Shown here one piece after another: positions 12,022 through 24,544 of a stretch of 64,000 bases of DNA. The stretch's first letter is position 1, and each line of letters starts with the position of its first letter. Both the position numbers and the translations under genes were made by a program. The DNA comes from Lytechinus pictus (Eukaryota), in the NCBI RefSeq assembly GCF_037042905.1, contig NC_087258.1, positions 17,732,001 to 17,796,000 on the forward strand. The letters are read 5' to 3'. The notes beneath the pieces were generated by a model. It was not told the origin of the DNA. It saw nothing but the letters and a program-made list of their open reading frames with translations, and did no database searches.

Positions 12022-13311
12022 TTCCCTAGGAATATATTGTAATATGTGTATATTGCAACTTTATTGGAACTCTCATGCATAGTTTCCCCATATCATATAT
12101 TTATAATTCAGATGTTAATTTCTTTAATGCTACATATATGTATATATATTTTTTGGGGAGGGGGGGGTATGGATATAGTAAATGCTGTTTCTCATTTTTA
12201 TACTGTGATTCAGTTTTTAATTGATGTGTTTTTATTTGTGAGGTGAATTCACATTTTTTGTGAAAAAAGGAATTCAACTTTTGCAACAATGTTGCTGACA
12301 TTCAATTGAATTAAGTAGTAGAAAGTTGACTAGTTAGTGCTTGTTTATAAGGGTAAAATGTCAAAGATTGAATCAAATGTGTGGATATCTGATTGATAAC
12401 GATAATAGAAATGAGTAGTGATAGAACCATCTAAATCAAACCCAAAATAGGAAAGAAAACCCTGAAAAAATGGGAAAGTTGTGACATCACACATCCTTGT
12501 CGCACTGCCAATGTGAGGATCTCCATAGCATTAGAGATTGCAATATTCAAATGCTTATAACTTTCTCATTGTTTGTCCGATTTTTCTCAAACTTTCGTTG
12601 ATCTGTTTCTTTGATTTTTATGTTTCGGCACAAGCCTACTTATTCAATGCATTGCATGCGCTTAGTAGATGCAGACACGCAGGGTTTACTGGCTAAATGC
12701 GCATTGTCATTGCAGATCAGATGGGCGTTTGAGAGACTTTACTTTCACTTTCAAAAATGTATTGTTTATTTTGATAGATTAACAGAGGAAAAACTTGGTT
12801 ATTGTTTATATTTTCACTAGCTTCCAAGGCGTTGTACAACACAAATAGAGAATATTATTATTCGCGCAATGGTGCAACATTTTGCATTCGGTGAAAAAAA
12901 TGGACACTGTATGCAAATTCTCGCACCATCGCATGCATGCCTATTCGCTATTTGTATATACTATATGGTACATGTTTGGTTTAGACTTGTTTTAGTGTAC
13001 AGTGCTCACATCAATAAATTTTATGCATACTACTGGCCCCCAAAGAACCTTAAGTTATATTTTTTTTATTTTGGGGCTACTTTTCACAACTACATGATTG
13101 GATAAGCTATAGCATTGCAGTGAATAGGAAATTTTGGGGGCTCTTATTTAATTTTCCAGGGCTCTCAATGAGCATTTGGAGGGGGGGGGGGTTGCAAAAT
13201 CACCAAGAGCCCCTATGAATTTTTATTCCCCGGAGACAAATCAGGGATGTCTTCTGAATAGATTCCCTCCTAATTTGCTGTAAAAGCATTATTCCCCACT
13301 TCATTTCTTAA

Positions 13312-13892
13312 AGGGATGGTCCAGGCTGGAGATAATTATATCTCAATAAATACAGTAAAATTCACAGAGCAAAATGCTGAAAATTTGATCAAAATCGGAT
13401 AATAAATAACAAAGTTTTTGAATTTTAAAGATTTGCATTATTCCGGTGAAACAGTTCAAGGCATCATTAGGTGGGCTGATGATGTCATATCCCAACTTGT
13501 TCTTTTGTATTTTATTTTATGAAATTAGGTTTATTCAAAATATTTCTACCAAGAAGTTAAACAATTGGATTGACAACTGATTAAATGCTTAGTTATTTAT
13601 TGCCGCAACTTATTTCATCATAATGGAGACACATTATTTTCACATGTATGAAAAAATGAAACAATTATGATTTCATGTAATAATATAAGAAAAAGGAAAG
13701 TGGGGATATGACATCATCAGCCCGCCTAATTAATAATCATGACGATGTGCATATAACTGTTTTCACAAAATATTGATAAAATTTGAAATTCAATAACTTT
13801 GTTATTTGTTATCCGATTTTGATGAAATTTTCAGCATTTTGCTTCGTGAAGTTTACTCCATTTATTTAGATATAGATAAAATTATCATCCCT
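13312..13892. mobile_element. Kolobok-type MITE, second subfamily
   Basis: TTAA-agggatg ... catccct-TTAA; long inverted arms including ggtgggctgatgatgtcatatccc. Confidence 0.85.
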
Positions 13893-14062
13893 TTAACTTA
13901 CCTTTGATCACATAATTATCTTCAATTCTCATCCAAAGCCCTTGGTATTGCGGTTTTTCAAGTGTCTCTCCCTCTCAAACCTTGTTTCTTATTTCCTTGT
14001 CAGATTGAACTTTGAGATGGGTAATGTCGATGGTCTAGGCATAGATCATAGTTATATGCGTA

Positions 14063-14600
14063 CACTCTAAATTCCAAGGCTCGTATTCTGAAGTCGGGTT
14101 TAACTTAAACTCAGGTTTAAAGTTGTAGTTTAAGTATGGACAGCCAATTGTTACATAATCACTAACAGTAGAGATATCATACTTTCAGCTCATTCTGCTC
14201 TCAAATCATCCATAATTGTGTAGGAAGTATAAATCGATGAATCAGAAAAGAGCACAGTAAACATAAACACACAACTTAACAAAAATTTTGATACTTTTGG
14301 CTTCCCATACTTAAACCACAACTTTAAACCTGAGTTTAAGTTAAACCCGACTTCAGAATATGGGCCCAAGGATTTAAAATAAATCCAGATCGGCTGTGAA
14401 TATTAACCAGCCGAATTTTTAATTTATTTTAAATCTTAAGGATTCACTTTTAAATCTCCAAAGATTTAAATTCAAATCTTTTAGATTTGTATTCAAATCC
14501 GCAAGGTTTAAATCTTGGATCTATTATTCGGCTGGTCACTACATATGAAGCTTTAAGATTTGAATTGAAATGTTTAAAGATTTATAAGTTAATCCTTCAA
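14063..14600. mobile_element. CACT-terminus MITE (same family as 2720-2915) hosting a nested element
   Basis: cactctaaattccaa[insert]ggatttaaaataaatcc restores the terminus of the 2720-2915 copy. Confidence 0.7.
14078..14366. mobile_element. Harbinger-like MITE, nested, 3-bp TSD CAA
   Basis: About 60-bp TIR ggc.cgtattctgaagtcgggtttaacttaaactcaggtttaaagttg; CAA at 14075-14077 and 14367-14369. Confidence 0.9.
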
Positions 14601-16008
14601 ATAATAAACCCATTATATGGTATGTTTCACACCCAATCTGGATTTTTTTTTTCATGTTTCATTTTCTAAGTGATACCCAAACTTTAAAACAAATATTTGA
14701 TTGTACTATCATGCTATAAGAAATAGCATTAAGCCCCTAATCCACTAGATGCACCACTTGAAGATCACAATTTTAATGATTGACAATATATATAACTGAA
14801 AAAGGAGGCAGCCTAAAACATTCCAGAATTGTCGATGTTTCATTTTCTAAGTGATACCTACATGTAACTTTTTTTAAAGCATTTGTTCGGAATATTATGA
14901 TGTAAGGAATACCATCGATCCCTACAAACACAAACACACAAATAATGGGGGGGGGGGGGGATGCCTGAGTCACATGACATACTACATGTATACAGTTTCA
15001 TTTTCATGTTATCGGAACTCGCCACATTCCTGAAATTAAAAACACGACCTGTATGTATAACTCTGCCACAATGTATTAGGTCCAAGGCTAAATGTTGATT
15101 ATTTTCAGATGCATAAAGTGAAAGGGCAACAAGTGCTTTTTGCTGGTTTCATTTTTTTTCTCACAAACTTTCACCGATTCTTCAGGCCTATCATTGTTTT
15201 CGCTAACAAGTCGAATCCTAGTGTTTTTGTGCATGGAAATATTTCACTTCGACTTTGGGAATACCACTTGAGTGGAGAAATATTATTTGAGACCCTGAAT
15301 ATATCCTGTTGATTTATGTGCATGTACGCATGTTTTGCTAGTTTTGTGGTGTGGAACATTCTGTAAGGTCAAAACACCTTTTGGTTTGTGGTATTTTGTG
15401 GTTTCCTACATGTTTTAGAACATCATCTTTCATACATGTACTGTTACATGTAGGTTTGAAGCATCCTTTTATGTTCTGCAGACTGATATTAAATTGCATG
15501 GTAAGACGTCCAAGTTATTGAATGGAACACGCATATTGTATGGCTGTTTTTAGGTATTTTGATGTGCAGTTGGCACCAATATCGTCTCTAAAGTTATACA
15601 GTTTTCTGTAAAAGAAAAATTTGTTTTATTTACTTGTTGGATTGTTGTATGTTTCCTTTCTTGACTGTTTGATATTTCATAGATGACTGTGTTTTCCCTC
15701 TTTATTTCTTTCAATGTGCAGTACATTTTTTTTTGCTCTAATGAAACCAAGAATGAAAGTTTGGTTTGAGTGATGGGGTTCTTGTACTTTTAGATGTATA
15801 TGTATATATATATATATGTGATATATGTGACATACCATATTATCACCATTTTTGATGCTGCTTTGGTTATTCCTTTAACTTAAATCTAATGAAGATGGTG
15901 AAGTACTTAAAAAAAAGTTTTTGAAGAAAGAAATAATAAGCTTTCAGTTTAGATGTGTTTTTAAAGTGAACTTTGACTTTTCACCCTTCCCTCTCTTTCA
16001 TTCCACAG

Positions 16009-16114
16009 ATGGCAACAACCACACAAAGATAGGAAGAAGTGTCTCCTGCTACACCGCCCCTAAGATACGAGTCACCAATCACGACAGAGATTCTACCGAT
16101 GATGGATCATCAGA
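16009..16114 (+). CDS. Internal coding exon (106 nt, phase 1 in / phase 2 out) of an unidentified gene; (D)GNNHTKIGRSVSCYTAPKIRVTNHDRDSTDDGSS(E/D)
   Basis: Long pyrimidine tract ctttgacttttcacccttccctctctttcattccacag, open frame, canonical donor GA|gtaagt at 16115, more balanced composition than flanks. Confidence 0.7.
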
Positions 16115-16932
16115 GTAAGTCATTCAAAAGATTGAATTATTTTCCTTTTTGTTCTGTATTCTTCTTTCTTTTTGTTTTCGTTATGAATTGAGATTTGTCA
16201 GATGTGCTTTTGAATCCAATCATGAATTAAAAAAAAATTAATGTGGTACAGATAACATTTTTTAAGCAGAATGTCGGCATAAATACTAGGGAACAAGTGA
16301 GAGAGAGATAGAGAGGGGCAGAGAGAAAGAGAGAGAGAGAGAAAGATATGGAAAGAGACAGAAGTCAGGGAGACATAGATGGAGAGGACTCAAGGGAGAA
16401 TGCAAAGTAAAAGTCAATAGATAAGTGACAAAAGATGAGCAACATACATGTAAATGAAAAAAAAAATTATGTTTAATTTGACGTGTGCATGAGGTAATAA
16501 TTTGTAAATATGAGAAAATCCAGGCTTCATAAAAAAGGAATAAGTCAATAACAGACGATAAGATAGAAAGAAAATTTCTAATGAATGGAATATGTTTTGT
16601 TTGATGACACCACAACATCAGCAGAAATGGAAAGAGGCCTGTTTCTTCAAGATAAGGGCCATAACTTTGAGTTTACACACATCTTGGGGGAAAACAATTC
16701 AAGTTTCTTGTGTTAGAGTCAAGGAGGTTATTCACCCAAGACAGTACAAGTTTCCTGATTCTGGCACTGCCCAAGTCTCATGTGGACGATAAAGATGTCA
16801 GCTCCATTTTTTTCCTGTGCAACTTTATTAGATGTACATGTAGTTTACATTCTAAGTCCTTTTGCAATATGACCTTTGTAAAAACTGTACCTGTAATAGG
16901 CCTTCTTATGCAGTACTGCCAGCGATATCTTA

Positions 16933-17068
16933 TGCTGCAGTCACATTTCTCCTACAGCGGCCGTACGGCGAGTCGAAAACAGCCATTTTATTCATTTTTA
17001 TTCAAACCACCTATATGTAGCTGGTACAAAAAACGTTAAAACGGCAGTTTCGTCTCGCTGTAGGGCCA
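16933..17068. mobile_element. MITE family A copy 2, right arm truncated
   Basis: Identity to 3065-3225 in the opposite orientation. Confidence 0.8.
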
Positions 17069-17934
17069 TTAGGTCTGTGAGTTTGTCAACATCATCCATG
17101 AACTAGATAGGAATGATAATAGTACAATTCTTTGAAAAAAAATTATATGTTTTATGAAATCATAGTACGATTCCTTTTCATTTTCTTTAATTAGGTGGTC
17201 TGTCTATGACAGATCACCTACTAATTTCGTCAGAATTTTCTTTCTTTATTCTAATTTATTTTGTAGCACCAATGTTTCTCAAAATCTACTACATGTATGT
17301 CAATTTCATTAATTACATGTCAAATATAAAGTCTGTCTTGGACATGCCAGAATAAGCTTTTCAAGGTCGTCAGGCCATGATGACATCATCTAGGTGCTAT
17401 TTTGTAAAATTCTTTAATTTGATAATATCACTGTAACAGATCAGTAATCAATCATATTTACAGTTGGCAGTCCACATGAATATGTAGTTATATTTTGCTG
17501 AGTATTTGTGCTCCTACATACTATTGTGATTTTACACCAGAGAAGCTTTCATTGCTACCAACTTTACACATTTAAACCTGTGCATTTTTTGTTTTACAAA
17601 ATGGGGTTGTCAGAATGATTTTGTGTGTGGAAAGTTTGATATAACCCCTCAAAAAGTCATAGATCAGACAGAAAAATAGACCACATCCACTTTGCACTGT
17701 GTAGACACATTTTAGCATTTACATAGCACTTTTTTTTATTAAGAAACATAATTTTGTTTTTATTGAAACATCACAAATGTCACGGTTCTGCTTTTATTCA
17801 TATTTTGTTGATATTTAATTGTATATTGTAATTGCTGAATTGATAATAAATAAATAAACAAAGCCTAAAACCATATGATGCACATCATTCCTGGTGGGTG
17901 TATCGTTAAGCTGTTTGTTACGCACTGCGACTTA

Positions 17935-18325
17935 TACCCCTTTCATAAACCCAATAAAACACAATTATGCGGCTAATAGCAGCATAATTTGGTCGTAAAA
18001 TCAGAGGAGGACAAGAGTTATCCGCATTATTCTGATGCTGCTATTATCCGCATAATAGCGGCATCGGGACAAGATTTTGAGTTTATGAACGTATTTCCAA
18101 ATAATGCGGATAATTGCCATGGTGCGGTCACAAGGTCACCCTTTTCCAACACAACCGCATTGGAGGGGGCGTGTCCAGTTGTCATGACGATTATCCGCCT
18201 TTTTCAGGACGGGCGCTCGTAAAAATAATTTATGGAGTTTGTGAACGCAATTTTTATTGAATTATCCGCATTACTCTTAGGCGGCTAATTGGAGGATATG
18301 TTTTATTGGGTTTATGAAAGGGGTA
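17935..18325. mobile_element. Harbinger/PIF-like MITE, TTA TSD
   Basis: TIR tacccctttcataaacccaataaaaca; TTA directly repeated at both ends. Confidence 0.9.
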
Positions 18326-19390
18326 TTAATGTTTAATGCACGATTATTGACCTGTTCTTGGTTTTAACTATTTCTAAGTTGGTGGTGGGAGAGCTAGAGT
18401 GTGTTCATATTTTTTTTGGCTAGAGTCACAGAACATAATATGCGAAAACACACATTAACTGTGAGGGATATTCAAGCAAAATTTGATGATGCCGACCCTT
18501 TCCCAATTTCGAGACCTGTCGTTGCACCACGTACTGTATATTACAACCAAAAGAGTTTAGTCCAATTTTTATTGATATTTTTTTTGTAAAGTCAAGTTTA
18601 GATACATGTAATGCAGCCTGAGAAACAGATTCAAGATCTGTCAGTTTTCAGCATGTTCATGCTTGCTTTGAAATTCTTCATGTTGCTTTGTTTTTCCCCC
18701 CCTTGAACATAAGAATGTTTTAAACTTTAGGGTGTAAAATGGTTGCTTGAACAGAATGCTTGTTAGAATGGTAGATGCATTCACTCATCATCTTAAATGA
18801 CATCAATTATTCAATCAAGTTGGAGTCTGATACAGGCGACTCTTAATTGGCCTAGTCTACAATTGCAGACTTGGTATTGTTGGTCAACATGTAAAGGAGC
18901 TCACCATAAGTAGTCTGCAAGCTCAGACCCTAGATTGACTTCGTAATTAATTTGACTCTGGAGGGAGGGAGGGAAGAATCAGGATTATTTTGGAAAGGGG
19001 AAGGGTAAGACTCTAGGGTGATGATACAAAAAACAAGGAGTGGAGGGAAACATGGCATTCACAAGAGATAGGACATTGACAGGTCTGGTAAAAAGAAGCA
19101 TGCACATAAAAAAGGAGTATCGAACGGTGCGAATATATTTGTCTGAACACCATTTTAGTAGGAGGGGAATATGTGTGTGTGAGTTACTGTATGTGTGTTT
19201 GATGGGGGGGGGGGGAGATGATGAACATGCTCTAAACCTGGTTACTTGAAAGAATTACATGAATGTTATCAGTTGATGTTATGAACACATTTGGGGTGTG
19301 TGAAGATAGAGGTCATCAAACTTTTAGATCAGTTATCACCTCCCACAAAGTCAAAGCTATGTTGGAAAAATAATGCAATATGTCTCATTA

Positions 19391-19863
19391 GGTGGTTTCA
19401 AACCGCCTCGATCACAAGAATCCCCGTTAAATTACGAGAAAATTTTTAGGCTAAAAAATACCCATTAATTATTCCTGCATTCAGACCGCCCCGAAACATA
19501 CACTTCGGGATAAATTCCTGAAGTTAGGAGCATGCGCAGTATGGTCTAATAAGCAGGCAAGGCGCGAGATTCAAAACCACTAGCCCAGCAGCCACCCACG
19601 GCGCCGCACCCAACGACACGCTGGGCTAAAAGTTCCCGTAATTTGCTTTCACACCGCCAAAATACCTGCGACCTTGGAAAAATCCCCGCGAAAGTTCTCG
19701 TAATTTCGCCAAGTACCTACTATTTAGCGGGTATTTTCTTTCGGGGAAATTACGCGTAGTTTGCTTTCACATTACCAAAATACCTGGTATTTTCTGATCG
19801 GGGTAAATTTCCCGATCAGAGAATACCTGGAACTGACGAACTTCGAGGCAGTCTGAAACCACC
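19391..19863. mobile_element. MITE family B copy 2, inverted relative to 6284-6758
   Basis: Full-length reverse-complement match. Confidence 0.9.
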
Positions 19864-19998
19864 TTCTCTGCATTTCTACCAAACAGGAAAAATTGTTTGA
19901 TTCTCAACATTGAACCCCATAAAAAACATAATGATTTTATCATCTCAATTTTTTTTTCTCTGAAATGTGTTTTGAAGCCTTAATTCTGTAATATTCAA

Positions 19999-20483
19999 AG
20001 GGGAATTCACCGATAACAATCTTATTGTAAAAACATAGAAAAATAATGCACTTTATTCATGAAGGTTTGAGGGAAATCTGTAAAAGAATACAAAAGTTAC
20101 GAGAATTTTAATTTTTTGATTTGTGACCTCATATGTGAGCAGCTTTCTAACATATCGTATGGTAAATAATCAATGAAATATCATTTTCACAGAGAATTGA
20201 AAGTGTTTTTTATTGTACCTTCAGTATAACGGTAGAAAGAATATTTTACACTCACCATTGAAACAATGAGTCATCAGAAACCATTAACAATTTGAAATTC
20301 ATGCATTTTATATAACATAACATATGGGGCAGCTGCTCGTCTATGACGTCACAAATCAACAACTTTAAATTCTAATAAATTACTTCATCTTTGATGGATT
20401 TTTTCTCAAACCTTCACCATTATTTTCTGTTATTTTTTCTGCTTTTTTACAACAATTTTTTTTTGTCAGGGTAAACTTCCCCT
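19999..20483. mobile_element. Kolobok-type MITE, third subfamily
   Basis: aggggaa.ttcacc ... ggtaaacttcccct-TTAA; inverted sibling at 53554-54040. Confidence 0.8.
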
Positions 20484-20681
20484 TTAAGAAATTATGGCTT
20501 GGAAGATGCACTTTATTGGGTTATTTGATTGGTTTCATTTCAAAATTTCAAGTTGTAGTCTATAATTCATCCTGGGTTTACATTCGCCATAGCAATCATG
20601 TTTTGGCATTCACACTGTGCCTTGAGAGTGGACTGATTATTTAAAGATAGGGAGGAGAGAAAGAGAAAGGGAGAAGGAAAG

Positions 20682-20996
20682 ATAATAATAATAATAATGA
20701 TTATAATGATAATGATAATGATAATAAATGGTATATTTACCCAGGGTAGCCACTTCAGTTCCGAAAACTGTTCTCCCAGCGGGCCCTGCTATTATTATTA
20801 CCCGGCTAAGCTAGGCTACCTATTCAGGTGCACACAGCTTTTTGAGGAATTACTTCCTGCCGGTACCCATTTACCTCACCTGGGTCGAGTGCAGCACACT
20901 GTGTTTATGAATTCCTTGCTGAAGGAAACTTCGCCATGGCTGGGATTTGAACCCACGACCCTCTGTTTCAAAGTCCGGTGACTAATCAACTGGGCT
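20682..20996 (-). mobile_element. tRNA-derived SINE with (ATT)n tail
   Basis: B box gggttcaaatccc on the minus strand; near-identical to 59396-59688. Confidence 0.9.
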
Positions 20997-21104
20997 ATGA
21001 GGGAAGGAAACAGAAACAGAGAGAGAGAGAGAAAGAAACAAAGAGAAAAAATGGGTGATCTGTCAGGGAATCTTATTTTCAGCCAAAATTATTTTCTCAT
21101 CCAT

Positions 21105-21109
<5 letters not shown>

Positions 21110-21161
<52 letters not shown>
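21110..21161. repeat. (CA)n microsatellite
   Basis: Direct reading. Confidence 0.95.
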
Positions 21162-21164
<3 letters not shown>

Positions 21165-21369
21165 TCTTTCATTGTAGAATACAGATTAAAAATAATTATT
21201 TTTAAGCATGCCAGGATAATGCGATTCAGCTTGGATAAAAAAAAAATCAATGTAGATTAGCTTGAAAGTCATCTTCACCATTCATCATATATTAAATTAC
21301 TCTGTAAGTCAATAACACAAATCTGTCTGTGAATAAACTGAAAATATTACAGAGGCCTTATTGATGAAG

Positions 21370-21640
21370 ATTGACAACTTCTGTAACTTTGCCATCAATT
21401 GGTGTAACTACCATGGAAACCTTGATTGTGATTGTCTGCTGAGTCCTGTTACCATGGTAGTTGAATAAACTGTAATAGACAGAGATGATAATCTTACAAC
21501 TTTAGTATGGTTTAACTTTGCTATTGGTGCAACTTCAATTGAAACCTTCATTGTGATTGGCTACTGAGTCCCGTTACCATGGTAGCTACAAGAATGGCAA
21601 GTTACCATAGTTGCGAGGCTTGTATGAAACCGCCCCCAGA
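21370..21640. repeat. Decayed MITE with an internally duplicated ~65-bp core
   Basis: gaaacctt.attgtgattg.ct.ctgagtcc.gttaccatggtag at about 21415 and 21541; ends tatgaaaccgccccc. Confidence 0.55.
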
Positions 21641-22964
21641 TCTGCTGTTTTATTTTTCGACATCAGCATCGAGACACCAACATTACTACATGTACTTCCT
21701 CTTCTTCCAAGTTCCAACCCAAACAACACTTAACAGTTGTGTTTACCATCAATTCAAAGTGATACCAATTACTGCATTTCCAAAGGGTTGCGAGATCAAA
21801 GTTAATCATCCGTTCTCTTCCTCATTCTCTTATGTTTATTCTTCCTACATGTATGTCGACCAAGTTATTTCTTTCTCCCTACTCATGTCCATGAAATATT
21901 CTAGCTATTGTATTTTTGTGGTCTGAGCCATAATTTTTTTGTTGGTGGATGCAACCATGCGTGGATGTAGTTTGCAGTTATATTTCATTTATATAAAATG
22001 GAGAGAGAGAGAGAGAGCACATAGCCTGTCTCTATTTTTCTGCCACTCACTCAGCAAGAGTGCAACTTAAACCGAGTTGAAGTTTTCTCCAGTGGTTGCA
22101 CAATACCCTTTTTTTTAGGCTGACATTTTTTCTTCGATACTTCTCTTTTGGAAATGCTCTTATTGTTGAACACCACGCTTGTTAGATTCCCAGAAAGTTC
22201 GAGTTAAACCATATATCCGTGTATTGTTAAGTGGATATGGGATAGTGATATTGGAGTACACACGTGGGGCTATAGCCTATACTGCCAAACTTGTCTAACA
22301 AAGTTATCGAACCACATCACTGTTCACTATTGGTGTAATTGTGCCGAAACGGATCTTGATCGACATTGAAAGCAGACGTCCTGCAGTTTTTCATTAGGGG
22401 AATTTCAAAACTGGAGAGATAATGCTGTATTTTGTTGATCTTGGAGTTGTTGACTTTGAAATTAAAATCAAGCTTGGCTGATTGCTGGACATGACAGAGA
22501 ACTAGTAACGCTGAGATAAATTTGATACAACGTAACATTTGCAATTGGACTGAAACTGAAATTGAATCTTTGGAATTGATATGCTTTGAGTGTGTATCCA
22601 CTTCTCTTATTCTAAAGCTTCGAGTGCTACAAATGAATTAAACATTTTCTTTTTAAAACTGTCTTTTTATGAGACGTCAATGATTGATTGAGATGTTGAA
22701 GATCAACTCCTCAGCTGGATTGGAATAATGCTATTGTTCTCTCAATGAATATTGATTTTTGAGAAAATAGCAATTTTTCCCGAAGACTTCAGACTGTCAT
22801 TGAATAAGAGAATACTTCTTGGAACTAAGTCTGAACCACAAGAGGGTTTTGTTTTCGGACCGCTGTTTTGAAAGAAACCCTTCAAGCTCTTTTCAGTCAT
22901 ATGGACCAGACTAAACTTGGACCAAACTGATCTTCATTGGTTGGATTTACTAAAGGATTAAGCA

Positions 22965-23122
22965 ATGATGTCAGGATCTTACACATTCAATCATGATGTG
23001 ACGATTGTCACCGAACCCCCGACACCTCCGCCGGTCAGCAAAGGTAGGCGACACAGTTGCGATCAGACTGCGCGTGATATGTGCAGCGGACAGTGTGGTC
23101 TCCTTCCTGGAGTTAATGAGGA
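22965..23122 (+). CDS. Candidate alternative first coding exon; MMSGSYTFNHDVTIVTEPPTPPPVSKGRRHSCDQTARDMCSGQCGLLPGVNE(E/D), phase 2 donor
   Basis: In-frame TAA two codons before ATGATG, 52 open codons that are GC/CpG-rich, donor GA|gtaagt at 23123 with the same phase as the 16114 donor, about 900 bp of repeat-free UTR-like sequence upstream. Confidence 0.6.
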
Positions 23123-23170
23123 GTAAGTAGACACATCAATTAATCAAATCTAACATTTTCTAGAACCCTT

Positions 23171-23578
23171 GGCCCGAATTCACAAAGGTGGTTTTTAGAA
23201 ACCCATGGTTGAGTCCATGGTTTATGCAGATTTCCTGTATAAATTACGCTTAATTGTGTATAACACATGTCCAATGCTGATGTGCGCTTTTGTCACAGTG
23301 TGCCAAATTGACGCCTGTTACCATGGTTAGATACGCTATTTTATTCATGAGTCCACTGTTCGAAGAGTGGACTCATGAATAAAAACAGACGACTCATGAA
23401 TAAAATAGCGTGGATAACCACGGCAACAGGCGTCAATTTGGCGCACTGTGACGAAAGGGCGCATCAGCATTGGACATTTTTTAATATAAGCGGTAAAATA
23501 AGCGTTATTTATACAGGAAATCTGCATAAACCATGGACTCAACCGTGGGTTTTAAAACCACCTTTGTGAATTCGGGCC
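23171..23578. mobile_element. Long-palindrome MITE (~408 bp, arms ~180 bp)
   Basis: TIR ggcccgaattcacaaaggtggtttt extending through atgcagatttcctgtataaat and gtcacagtg.gccaaattgacgcctgtt. Confidence 0.9.
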
Positions 23579-23581
23579 TTT

Positions 23582-23760
23582 GTGTCCTCAACTACGCTTA
23601 AACCAGCTTAACGAGGCAAAGCGGTTTTGAAAAGCACATCATGAGGCAGTTTTCCAATCTGGTTTGGGAAAACAATTAAGATCGCTTCCAAGACCGCTTC
23701 CATTACACATTAAACGCTGGTTTCCACTAAACTGGTTTAAGAAAGTAATGAAAACTGGGT
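23582..23760. mobile_element. Decayed fragment of MITE family I
   Basis: Reverse-complement similarity to 27181-27350. Confidence 0.6.
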
Positions 23761-24009
23761 CATTGCTCCAGATTGCTCATAAACCCCAATAGCCTATTTG
23801 GTTGACTATCAGTTCACTTGCCTTTTTTGGCCCAGTCATAAGTTGTTGGTCTAGCCATGGACCCTACAGTCTAACTACCCTCTTGCAAATTTTCCTCTTT
23901 TTTTGAATAACGATGAAATCACAACATTGTTTGTTTAATTATTCCAATTACCTATTGTTGTGTATTATCTTATACAAAATATTATTAGTTATTATTTTGT
24001 AACCATTAA

Positions 24010-24155
24010 CAGGGGCCACGGAAGCAGGGGGGCTTCAGCCCCCCCCCCCCACTTTTTTCAAAACCGTGTACAAAAACGTAAAAATTACCAAAGGATTGTG
24101 ATTTTTTGCATGGTCAGCCCCCCCCCCCACTTTGGAAACCGTTCCGCGGCCCCTG
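24010..24155. mobile_element. CAGGGGC-terminus MITE with poly-C tracts
   Basis: TIR caggggcc.cggaa / ttccgcggcccctg; ATTAA on both flanks. Confidence 0.8.
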
Positions 24156-24544
24156 ATTAATAGATGAAAAGTTTTCATTACCTGTGTAATCGAAACCATT
24201 CAATTATTCCCCCCTTTTGTATGGGATTTAATTAGGATTTTCACAGCATTATTTTTCATCGATTGAGTAATTAACTTTTCAGGTATATGTATGAGCATGT
24301 ACAATTAAATCCATGAATTAAAATACAACTTAACAAAACCAATAGTTTCTGTGTATGAATTAAAATTTTGTGCCAAATGATTCTTGAGGAAAATTCATAT
24401 TGGTTTAGTTATTGGTTAAAATAAGCATGTCATTCTGTTAGCGACTTATGGGTCTATTTTTTTGAAGCAATGATAATGAGTGCTATTTGTGGTAGTGAAT
24501 TTTTAGTAAATTATTTTTATAATTTTTTCAAAACCATCTTTTAA

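Noticed and set aside
16009-23122. Assigning the gene as PDE4/dunce
   Set aside because: Only the architecture and an RRHS motif are reminiscent; no UCR1/UCR2 or catalytic sequence is in the window
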